DNA from: Chloroflexi bacterium bin125
GTDB taxonomy: Bacteria > Chloroflexota > Dehalococcoidia > Bin125
Reading direction: 5' to 3'
Assembly (NCBI GenBank): GCA_002239025.1
Contig: MPNM01000003.1
Coordinates: forward strand, 142,047-206,046
DNA length: 64,000 nt
Below, in pieces: positions 55,708 through 63,000 of this stretch. Under the pieces are notes generated by a model that worked only from the letters and a program-made list of their open reading frames with translations, was not told where the DNA came from and did no database searches. Every line of letters starts with the position of its first letter. Positions within the stretch are counted from its first letter, which is position 1. A program made the position numbers and the translations under genes.

Positions 55708-56796
55708 ATGGACTACGGACTGCTCGTCCCCACGTACGTCGACATGTGGAAGGAAGTCGTCCGCGCCGAGGAGGCCGGCTTCACCCACGCCTGGTTCCCC
55801 GACTCGCAACTGATCTGGTCCGACTGCTACGCCGCCATGGCGCTGGCCGCTGAGCGAACTTCGACGATCAAGCTCGGCACGCTCGTCTCGATTCCCTCCA
55901 ATCGAATCGCGCCTGTCACAGCCTCGGCGATCGCCACGATTAACAAGCTCGCGCCCGGCCGCACGATCCTCGCGCTCGGCACCGGATACACCGGTCGCAA
56001 CACGATGGGTCTGCCTTCGTACCCGGTCAAGAAGTTCCGCGAGTACGCCCAGCAGGTCCGAGACTTGCTGGATGGCAAGGACATCCGGCACACCGACGAT
56101 GTCACCGGTCGCGAGACCTGGATCCGCCTGATTCACCCGGACCATCCCGACTTCTACAACATCAAGGACCACATCCCGGTTTACATCGCCGCCAATGGAC
56201 CACGAGCAACCGCGGTCGTCGGCGAGGTCGGCGACGGCTTCGTCACCTCAGGTACCGGGCCATGGTTGGACTCAGCATTCCCAATCATCGAGGATGCCGC
56301 CCGTTCCGCTGGACGCACGACCGAAAAGCCATACACCGTCGGCCTGACCGGCGCCTGCGTCATGCAGGAGGGCGAAGAGATCATGTCCGAGCGTGTCATC
56401 CACCGTGCCGGCGCGGTTGCTGCCGTCTACAACCACACGCTCTGGGAGTCCGAGTACGGCGGCTGGGGAGGCAATCTCAAGGGCGTCAACCCCGACGCCG
56501 CGGCCGAGTACAACCAGTACATCACCAAGTATGCCGAGGAGCGCGGACGACCACTCGACCGCCTCTACCTCGATGTCCACGAAGGCCACTACAGCTACCT
56601 CAAAGAAGGCGAGGACCGCTTCATCACCCAGGACCGTCTCGACGACATGATCATCGGCACACCCAATCAGATCATCGAGAAATCCGAGATGGCTCAGGCA
56701 CACGGAGTCGACCACCTGGCGCTGACCGCCCTGGATCCCGCCGCCGCCAACGATCTCGTCGACGAAATGGCCCCAATCATCGCCCGCACGACCTAG
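55708..56796 (+). CDS. LLM-class F420-dependent oxidoreductase (tandem paralog 2)
   Basis: MDYGLLVPTY...AEEAGFTHAWFPDSQLIWSDCYAAMALAA. It is about 65-70% identical to the upstream gene and 362 aa long. Confidence 0.8.
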   Translation: MDYGLLVPTYVDMWKEVVRAEEAGFTHAWFPDSQLIWSDCYAAMALAAERTSTIKLGTLVSIPSNRIAPVTASAIATINKLAPGRTILALGTGYTGRNTMGLPSYPVKKFREYAQQVRDLLDGKDIRHTDDVTGRETWIRLIHPDHPDFYNIKDHIPVYIAANGPRATAVVGEVGDGFVTSGTGPWLDSAFPIIEDAARSAGRTTEKPYTVGLTGACVMQEGEEIMSERVIHRAGAVAAVYNHTLWESEYGGWGGNLKGVNPDAAAEYNQYITKYAEERGRPLDRLYLDVHEGHYSYLKEGEDRFITQDRLDDMIIGTPNQIIEKSEMAQAHGVDHLALTALDPAAANDLVDEMAPIIARTT

Positions 56797-56838
56797 ACCT
56801 CACCCTTCGCGGGAGGTCACACGAACCCCATTGCAGAC

Positions 56839-56883
56839 CTCCCCCTCTGGGGGAGGTGTCACGGAGTGACGGAGGGGGCTCCC
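56839..56883. repeat. Family-1 left-arm variant (CCTCCCCCTCTGGGGGAGGTGTCACGGAGTGACGGAGGGGGCTCCC) abutting the start codon of the alpha/beta hydrolase gene
   Basis: The repeat ends 1-2 nt before the ATG at 56885. Confidence 0.7.
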
Positions 56884-56884
56884 A

Positions 56885-57526
56885 ATGGAAACGCCGCTGA
56901 CCTGGAATCTACCCAAGTCACCCCCAGCCCCAACCCTGGCGCTGACCCACGGCGCAGGTGCGTCGACGAGCCATCCCAACACCGCCGCACTGGCGAAACT
57001 GATCGCCGAGCAAGGCGTCCGCGTCGCCCGCTTCGATTTCCCCTACATGCGCCGAGCCATGGAGACCGGCCGCCGCCCATGGCCGCCCGACGCCGAAGAC
57101 GTGCTCGCCGGGACCTGGATCCAGGTCATGCAACAGCTCGCAGAGCAGGGAGTGCCAACCTCAACCCTGTTCATCGGAGGACGCAGCATGGGCGGGCGCA
57201 TCGCCAGCTACATCGCCGATGCCGCCGAACCCGCCGGTATGGTCTGCATTAGCTATCCCTTCCACGCACCCAACGACCCCTCACGAGCAACCACGTTCCA
57301 CCTCGAACAAATGGCCACGCCCACACTCATCGTCCAGGGAGAACGAGACGAATACGGAACCCGAGAAGAAGTCGAAGCCTACGACCTGTCACCCAACATC
57401 AGACTCCAGTGGATCCCCGACGGAAACCACGGCCTCATCCCCAGAAAACGCTCCGGCCACACCGAGGAAAGCAACCGCGAGCTGGCTGCCAACGCCATCG
57501 CAAACTTCATCAAGAGACTGCTCTAG
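56885..57526 (+). CDS. Alpha/beta-hydrolase family protein (KANL3/Tex30-like, dienelactone-hydrolase-like)
   Basis: LALTHGAGASTSHP (oxyanion region) and the nucleophile elbow GGRSMGGRIAS are present. The start is immediately after a family-1 repeat. Confidence 0.65.
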   Translation: METPLTWNLPKSPPAPTLALTHGAGASTSHPNTAALAKLIAEQGVRVARFDFPYMRRAMETGRRPWPPDAEDVLAGTWIQVMQQLAEQGVPTSTLFIGGRSMGGRIASYIADAAEPAGMVCISYPFHAPNDPSRATTFHLEQMATPTLIVQGERDEYGTREEVEAYDLSPNIRLQWIPDGNHGLIPRKRSGHTEESNRELAANAIANFIKRLL

Positions 57527-57577
57527 CTAACTCAGGAATCTGCTCGCCCTCGGTAGACAGTGATGCAAGACTCCCCA

Positions 57578-57739
57578 TTCCCCTCTCCCCCCATTGCGGA
57601 GGGAGATGTCACGGAGTGACAGAGGGGGGTCGGCTGGTGACGACTAGAAAGGCATGATGGGCAGAGAGCCCCCCTCTGCCCCCGGGTCAAGCCCGGGGCA
57701 GGCTTTCGGCATCTCCCCCGCAAGGGGGGAGAAGGGGAG
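57578..57739. mobile_element. Composite family-1 element D (about 160 bp) between the alpha/beta hydrolase and nitroreductase genes
   Basis: attcccctctccccccattgcggagggagatgtcacggagtgacagaggggggtcgg ... ggctttcggcatctcccccgcaaggggggagaaggggag. Confidence 0.75.
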
Positions 57740-57787
57740 CTATGGATCGGTCACTCGCTGGGGAACCGGCCGCGAAGCGATTGAGAT

Positions 57788-58321
57788 TCACCCCCGCCAA
57801 ATGACCTCAGCCGGCCGACGCTCCGCGGGCATTTCACGCATTTCCTCCGGTGGGTAGCCCAGATACAGATACGCGACAATCCGGTCGTCCTCGCCGATCC
57901 CCAACCAACGCTTCGCCGCCACATTCTCGGCCAGAGCCCCGGTGCTCCACTTCGTCGCCAGCCCCCTTGACGTCGCCGCCAGCATCATGTTCTGCACTGC
58001 ACAGCAGACCGCCGCATAGTCCTCCCGATCGCGCACCGGATCATCCAACACCGCCTGTTGCGTCACCGCGACGAACAGCGGCGACCGCATCAGCTTGCCT
58101 CGAGGATCCTTGGCAAACTCGCCTCCGCCGTCGAGAATCGCGTCGCACATCTCTTCTCGCGCCGCACCCGAGACCACGTGAAACCGCCACGGTTCCGTGT
58201 GCTTGTGATTCGGCGCCCAGCGCGCCGCTTCAATCAGATCCTCGATCACGTCTTGCCCAACGAGGCGATCGGAGAACACTCCGATCGTCCGCCGCTCGCG
58301 GATCGCGCGGTCAACGTCCAT
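57788..58321 (-). CDS. Nitroreductase-family (FMN-dependent) protein
   Basis: The start was chosen at M111 of the track ORF (MDVDRAIRERRTIGVF); upstream codons overlap the MFS gene and a family-3 repeat. The product shows RWAPNHKHTEPWRF. Confidence 0.7.
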   Translation of the reverse strand: MDVDRAIRERRTIGVFSDRLVGQDVIEDLIEAARWAPNHKHTEPWRFHVVSGAAREEMCDAILDGGGEFAKDPRGKLMRSPLFVAVTQQAVLDDPVRDREDYAAVCCAVQNMMLAATSRGLATKWSTGALAENVAAKRWLGIGEDDRIVAYLYLGYPPEEMREMPAERRPAEVIWRG

Positions 58322-58335
58322 CTGTCTGTCTCCAA

Positions 58336-58372
58336 CTCCCTCTCGCCCTGGGAGAGGGCTGGGGTGAGGGCT
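58336..58372. repeat. Family-3 repeat in the divergent nitroreductase/MFS intergenic region
   Basis: ccctctcgccctgggagagggctggggtgagggc. Confidence 0.7.
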
Positions 58373-58412
58373 CACGCGACTCAGTCTGCCGCACAGCATA
58401 CGATCACGGCAC

Positions 58413-59714
58413 ATGATTCGCGCAGGCATTGGACAAACATTCGAAGCCTTCGGCGTCGGCACCTTCCGGCTCCATTGGCTGCTCACCGTGATGGCCTTCA
58501 TGGCCTTCTCGATGAACTTCACCGTTCTGCCGATCGTTGCCTTCGACCTTGGCGGCAACAACTCGTCGGTCGCCATCGCGATGGCCGGCAACGGCGTCGC
58601 CTGGTTCTTCATCGGACCATTCGCCGGAGCGATCACCGACCGACTCTCCAAGCGACGGCTAATAGCCCTGGCCCAGACTGCAATCGCGATTAACTACGCA
58701 CTGATCGGGTTTCTCATCCTGATCGGGCGGATCGAGGTTATCTGGCTGACCGTCAGCACGCTCTTCCTCGGTGCATGTTTCGCCTTCACCGGCCCGTCCC
58801 GCCGAGCCTACGTTGCCGATATCGTCCCGCCCCGGCTCGTCGGCAACGGAGTCGCGCTGCTGCAGACCGGACTCACTTTCCCCCAGTCGGTCGGTCCCGT
58901 GATCGGTTCGCTCCTGCTCTTCGCGCCCTTCATCGGCGCCGATGGTGCATATTTCATCATGGCCGGCATCCTTGTTGTCACCATCTTCTCCCTGTTCCTG
59001 ATGCCGCCGGGCAGCCCGCGTAACGTCCCGCGAGGCTCCGTCACCCGAGAACTGCTGCTCGGACTCCGCTACGCCTGGCGACAACCGAGACTTCGAGTCC
59101 TGCTCGCGACTCTGCTGCTCGTTTCAGCCACTGCCGGTCCCTACCAGAACGTCCTGCCCGGATTGCTCGAGAACGCATTCGGAATCGAGTCGCGAAACCT
59201 CGGACTCGTCTCCTGGCCCATGGGAGTCGGCTCATTTATCGTCGGACTCTCAGTCGCCGGTGTCGTCGGTACCCGTTGGTCCGGAGGCGTGTTGCTCGTC
59301 ATGAGCTGCGCCTTCGGCCTCGGTGTCGCCTTGCTCGGTGTCACCCCGAACGCGATCGTCATGCTGCCCGTCATCTTCCTCGTCGGCTCCGGCTTCTCAG
59401 CCTTCCAGACACTCAACACCGCCGAGGTCATCCGCCAGTCCGAACCCGAGTTCCACGGACGAGTCACCGCACTCACATTCCTCCCCTTCGGAGTCCAGTC
59501 CTTCACCGGACTCGGCTTCGGAGCAGTCGCCGACATCATCGGCGAGCAGGACGTACTGATCATCATGGGCCTGTCGTCCATCGCGATCAGCCTCGTCTTC
59601 GGCACGATGTACCTGAGAATGAAGCCGCCCTCAATCCAGGTCCAGGCCACCGCCCAGAGAGTCATGAGACGAACCCTCAGACCGATCGCCGCAATCACTC
59701 GCCCTCAAAAGTGA
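58413..59714 (+). CDS. MFS transporter
   Basis: Twelve predicted transmembrane segments are present, and the D/GR-x-x-x-R-like loop FAGAITDRLSKRRL lies between TM2 and TM3. Confidence 0.8.
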   Translation: MIRAGIGQTFEAFGVGTFRLHWLLTVMAFMAFSMNFTVLPIVAFDLGGNNSSVAIAMAGNGVAWFFIGPFAGAITDRLSKRRLIALAQTAIAINYALIGFLILIGRIEVIWLTVSTLFLGACFAFTGPSRRAYVADIVPPRLVGNGVALLQTGLTFPQSVGPVIGSLLLFAPFIGADGAYFIMAGILVVTIFSLFLMPPGSPRNVPRGSVTRELLLGLRYAWRQPRLRVLLATLLLVSATAGPYQNVLPGLLENAFGIESRNLGLVSWPMGVGSFIVGLSVAGVVGTRWSGGVLLVMSCAFGLGVALLGVTPNAIVMLPVIFLVGSGFSAFQTLNTAEVIRQSEPEFHGRVTALTFLPFGVQSFTGLGFGAVADIIGEQDVLIIMGLSSIAISLVFGTMYLRMKPPSIQVQATAQRVMRRTLRPIAAITRPQK

Positions 59715-59799
59715 GTGCCGCAACCCAGAGCAAGTCCCCAGTCCCCGCTTCACGCGGGGACCCGCTCCTTCCCCAGTCCCATTCCCTTGTCAGACTGCC

Positions 59800-59952
59800 T
59801 CTCCGTCATACCCGCGCTCCGACGCGGGTATCTCGTTGCACGCGGCACAGAAGGTAAGACCAAGTTGAGAGTATGCGCGCTGCGATTTCCTCAACCGACA
59901 GCGTCTGAGGCGAGCTCGGCGAGATTCCCGCGCCGGAGCGCGGGAATGACGG
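59800..59952. mobile_element. Family-2 MITE-like element of about 150 bp (CTCCGTCATACCCGCGCTCCGACGCGGGTATCTCG ... CGAGATTCCCGCGCCGGAGCGCGGGAATGACGGAG)
   Basis: The 35-nt TIRs are near-perfect and each is itself a hairpin. The element lies between the MFS and S9 peptidase genes. Confidence 0.7.
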
Positions 59953-59986
59953 AGCGGGCATTTCCAAGAGGCTCATCCCCGACGAC

Positions 59987-61972
59987 TCACTTCACATGCC
60001 GATCAAGCCAGGCGATCATCCGCTCGTAGTACTCCTTGACCATCGCCGGATCGCCAACTCTGAACATCGAGTGCGAGCAACCAGGGAACCGCACCATCTC
60101 CGCCGGCTTCCCCCGATACCGAAGTCCGGCGAAGTACTCCTCGCCCTGCGAAATCGGCACCCGCCAGTCCGACTCACCGTGCAAGATCAGTACCGGACAG
60201 CGCACGCTGTCGATATATGTGATCGGTGAGCGCTCCCGATACCAGTCGAAGTTGTCGTCCGGCACATCGCCCCACTGATACGAACCCCATGACGGCCCAA
60301 TATCCGACACGCCCCACATGGACCACAGATTCACCACCGGCGCACCCGCGATTGCCGCCTTGAATCGATTGACGTGCCCTATCAACCAGGTCGTCATGTA
60401 TCCACCATACGAATAGCCATGCACGCCGAGCCGATTGGCATCCACATACGGACGCTCACAAACCGCATCAAGCGCCTCAAGCAAATCGAACGAGTCCTCG
60501 CCGCCCCAATCGACGGTCACTGCATCGGTGAAGTTGGCCCCATACGTCGACGACCCACGAGGATTGACAAACAACACCAGGTATCCCGCGCCCGCGATCA
60601 CCTGGTGCAGAGCATTGAATCCCTCGCCAAAGAACCCATTCGGCCCACCATGAATCTCCATCACCAGCGGATAAGACTGGTCAGGATCAAATCCCGGCGG
60701 GTACATCAATCCACAGGGAATCTCCCACCCATCCCGCTCAACAGTGAAGAACTCAACTGCACCGATCTCGCGAGATTCAACGAAATCGGTAGCTGCATTC
60801 GTCAGCCGGCTCTCTTTTCTCCCCCCCTTGGGGGGAGATGCCGAAGGCAGAGGGGGGCTCCCCGTTTGCACTGACACAACCTCCCCAGGACCATCCGGAG
60901 TCGTTGAAACAACCGCTAGCAACGCTCCATCAGCCGACACGTCAAACCCATTGATCAACTCGGCTTCAGCCCGAATCGTCTCGGGTTCCCCCAAGCCCTC
61001 GGCCGACACTCGGTACACGCCTGAGCGTCCACGTACATCGGCGGCAAACGTGATCCCCTCATCCGTCCAGACCATCTTCGGCGGGCCAGAGATCGGAAAG
61101 AATCCCGATTGCGGATTGACCGAGTCGTCCGTCAGCCGGGTCCGCTCGCCGCTATAGCGCTCAACCCGCTCGAGATACGCCTGGTGGCGCTGCGACATGT
61201 CAGTCACCGATACCGCCAACGACAACCCACCCGGCGACCAACAGGCCCGTCCAGCCGACATCACTCCTGGCGTCAGTCGTTCAACATGCCCGCCGCCAGC
61301 CACGCCCTGAGTCGACATCACGCACAGCTCGGATCCAAACGGACGCCGCCGCTCACGATCCACGTTGCGGTCGGCCGTGAACGCCACCCACCGACCATCC
61401 GGCGAGACCACCGGATGCGCATGGTTGTACGTCCCGCTCGTCAACTGAAGCTCGCAACCAGTCGAGGCGTCAACCCGAAACAGTTGATGCCACGCATCCT
61501 CGCGATAACCCAATACATCGCCCCGATAGTACGTTTCACGCACAACGGTCGTCTTTGAGCCGTCGCGCTGGCCACGATGAGGGTCAATATCCACGACCGC
61601 AATCATTCCCGAGCCGTCCGGCAGCCAGTCAAACCCGGCCACGGAGTGCTCCAGGTTCGTCAGTCGTCGAGCCTCGCCGCCGTCCGTCGGAAGCAACCAG
61701 ATCTGCCGAGGCGCTCCTGCCTCAGCCGAGGACGGCCGCAGAAACGCCAGCACTGATCCGTCCGGAGCCCAAACCGGACTCGAGTCCGAGTCACCCGAAG
61801 TCAGCCCCCTCGATTCGCCACCCTCGAACGGAGCGCACTCAATCCAGGAAACCCGCTTGCCTTCCTGAACTTGGCCGCGAACATAAGCAACCACCAACCC
61901 ATCCGGCGAAATCGCCGGAGCCCCAACCCCACCCAACTCAAACGCAATCTCCGGCCCAATCGGAGTCTTCAT
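59987..61972 (-). CDS. S9-family serine peptidase (prolyl-oligopeptidase/acylaminoacyl-peptidase type) with an N-terminal beta-propeller
   Basis: The start was chosen at M31 of the track ORF; the first 30 codons are repeat-derived. The catalytic domain has GVHGYSYGGYMT (Ser) with downstream Asp and His, and the propeller shows repeated PDG...VA blades. A family-1 repeat is in-frame at the domain boundary at about 60817..60862. Confidence 0.8.
   Translation of the reverse strand: MKTPIGPEIAFELGGVGAPAISPDGLVVAYVRGQVQEGKRVSWIECAPFEGGESRGLTSGDSDSSPVWAPDGSVLAFLRPSSAEAGAPRQIWLLPTDGGEARRLTNLEHSVAGFDWLPDGSGMIAVVDIDPHRGQRDGSKTTVVRETYYRGDVLGYREDAWHQLFRVDASTGCELQLTSGTYNHAHPVVSPDGRWVAFTADRNVDRERRRPFGSELCVMSTQGVAGGGHVERLTPGVMSAGRACWSPGGLSLAVSVTDMSQRHQAYLERVERYSGERTRLTDDSVNPQSGFFPISGPPKMVWTDEGITFAADVRGRSGVYRVSAEGLGEPETIRAEAELINGFDVSADGALLAVVSTTPDGPGEVVSVQTGSPPLPSASPPKGGRKESRLTNAATDFVESREIGAVEFFTVERDGWEIPCGLMYPPGFDPDQSYPLVMEIHGGPNGFFGEGFNALHQVIAGAGYLVLFVNPRGSSTYGANFTDAVTVDWGGEDSFDLLEALDAVCERPYVDANRLGVHGYSYGGYMTTWLIGHVNRFKAAIAGAPVVNLWSMWGVSDIGPSWGSYQWGDVPDDNFDWYRERSPITYIDSVRCPVLILHGESDWRVPISQGEEYFAGLRYRGKPAEMVRFPGCSHSMFRVGDPAMVKEYYERMIAWLDRHVK
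60817..60862. repeat. Family-1 repeat unit lying in-frame inside the S9 peptidase ORF at the propeller/catalytic-domain boundary
   Basis: tctcccccccttggggggagatgccgaaggcagaggggggctcccc. It is translated (minus strand) as ..PPLPSASPPKGGRKES.. Confidence 0.85.
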
Positions 61973-61988
61973 CGCCTGTCCCTTCTTT

Positions 61989-62110
61989 GCTCCCCCTGCA
62001 GGGCGAGCTGCCGAATCAATTTCACGCTTCCCTTGCAAGGCGAATTGCCGAATCGATTTCACGCTCCCCCTTGCAGGGGGAGCTGCCGCAGGCTGAGGGG
62101 GTCCCTCCCC
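61989..62110. repeat. Family-1 variant cluster (gctccccctgcagggcgagctgccgaatcaatttcacgc x2, then ctcccccttgcagggggagctgccgcaggctgagggggtccc) between the S9 peptidase and alpha/beta hydrolase genes
   Basis: The cluster contains a direct duplication of about 38 nt plus a palindromic unit. Confidence 0.75.
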
Positions 62111-62182
62111 ACGTCGCCAGCACTTCGACCCCTATCCTACCCAGCGACAACACCAGTACTTCCACGTCTACGGAGCCGCGAA

Positions 62183-62944
62183 ATGCCCAACATCGATCGA
62201 GACGGCGTCAGCATCCACTACGAGGCGCACGGCGACGGCCCGGCAATCATCCTCTCCCACGGTTACGGCGCCACTTCGCAGATGTGGGCTGGGCAGATCG
62301 ATGTCCTCTCCGCCGATCACCGTCTGATCGTGTGGGACATGCGTGGACACGGACTCACCGACTCACCCGACGATCCCGCCTGCTACAGCGAAGCCGAGAC
62401 CGTCGCCGATATCGCCGCCATCCTCGATGCCGAGGGAGCCGACAGCGCCGTGATCGGCGGCCTTTCACTCGGCGGTTACATGTCGCTCGCCTTCCAGGTT
62501 GCCCATCCTGACCGCACGCGAGCCCTGATGCTCTTCGACACCGGTCCCGGCTACAACAATCCGAAGGCTCGGGAGGGCTGGAACACGGGCATGGCGATCC
62601 CCCGGGCCGAAGCGCTCGAGCGCGATGGCCTCGCCGCGCTGGGCGGCTCCGAGGAAGTCCGAGTCTCTACGCATCGCTCCGCTGAGGGCCTGGCCAATGC
62701 CGCTCGTGGGATGCTCGCCCAGTTCGACAACCGCATCATCCAGTCACTCGCGACCATCCCCCAGCCAACCCTTGTCCTCGTCGGAGAGAACGACAAGCCC
62801 TTCCTCGCTGGCACCGACTACATGGCCAACAAGATCCCCAACAACACCCACGTCGTCATCCCCAACGCCGGACACGCCGCCAACATCGACAACCCGTCCG
62901 ACTTCAACGAGGCTGTGTCCTCGTTCCTTAAGTCGTTCGACTAG
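62183..62944 (+). CDS. Alpha/beta-fold hydrolase
   Basis: The start was chosen at M105 of the track ORF (ACGGAG upstream); earlier codons are repeat-derived. The product has ILSHGYGATSQMW and the nucleophile elbow GGLSLGGYMS. Confidence 0.75.
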   Translation: MPNIDRDGVSIHYEAHGDGPAIILSHGYGATSQMWAGQIDVLSADHRLIVWDMRGHGLTDSPDDPACYSEAETVADIAAILDAEGADSAVIGGLSLGGYMSLAFQVAHPDRTRALMLFDTGPGYNNPKAREGWNTGMAIPRAEALERDGLAALGGSEEVRVSTHRSAEGLANAARGMLAQFDNRIIQSLATIPQPTLVLVGENDKPFLAGTDYMANKIPNNTHVVIPNAGHAANIDNPSDFNEAVSSFLKSFD

Positions 62945-62945
62945 C

Positions 62946-62982
62946 GGCCCTCACCCCATCCCTCTCCCAGAGGGAGAGGGGG
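62946..62982. repeat. Family-3 repeat (inverted orientation) between the alpha/beta hydrolase stop and the LLM gene start
   Basis: gccctcaccccatccctctcccagagggagaggg is the reverse complement of CCCTCTCCCTCTGGGAGAGGGATGGGGTGAGGGC. Confidence 0.7.
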
Positions 62983-63000
62983 TCAGAAACTGGAGCTCCC

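Noticed and set aside
61972-62062. The first 30 codons of the S9 peptidase track ORF (MKSIRQFALQGKREIDSAARPAGGAKKGQA) were examined.
   Set aside because: They are encoded by the 61989-62110 repeat cluster. The internal ATG at 61972 with a GAAGGG RBS is the more plausible start. The in-frame repeat at 60817 is different, because it is internal to the conserved protein.
61989-62110. Direct repeats (gagctgccgaatcaatttcacgc x2) and the many other short repeats were checked as possible CRISPR arrays.
   Set aside because: The repeats are palindromic family-1 variants with no regularly spaced unique spacers, and only 2 copies occur per locus. No cas genes are in the window. They are REP/MITE-like elements, not CRISPR.
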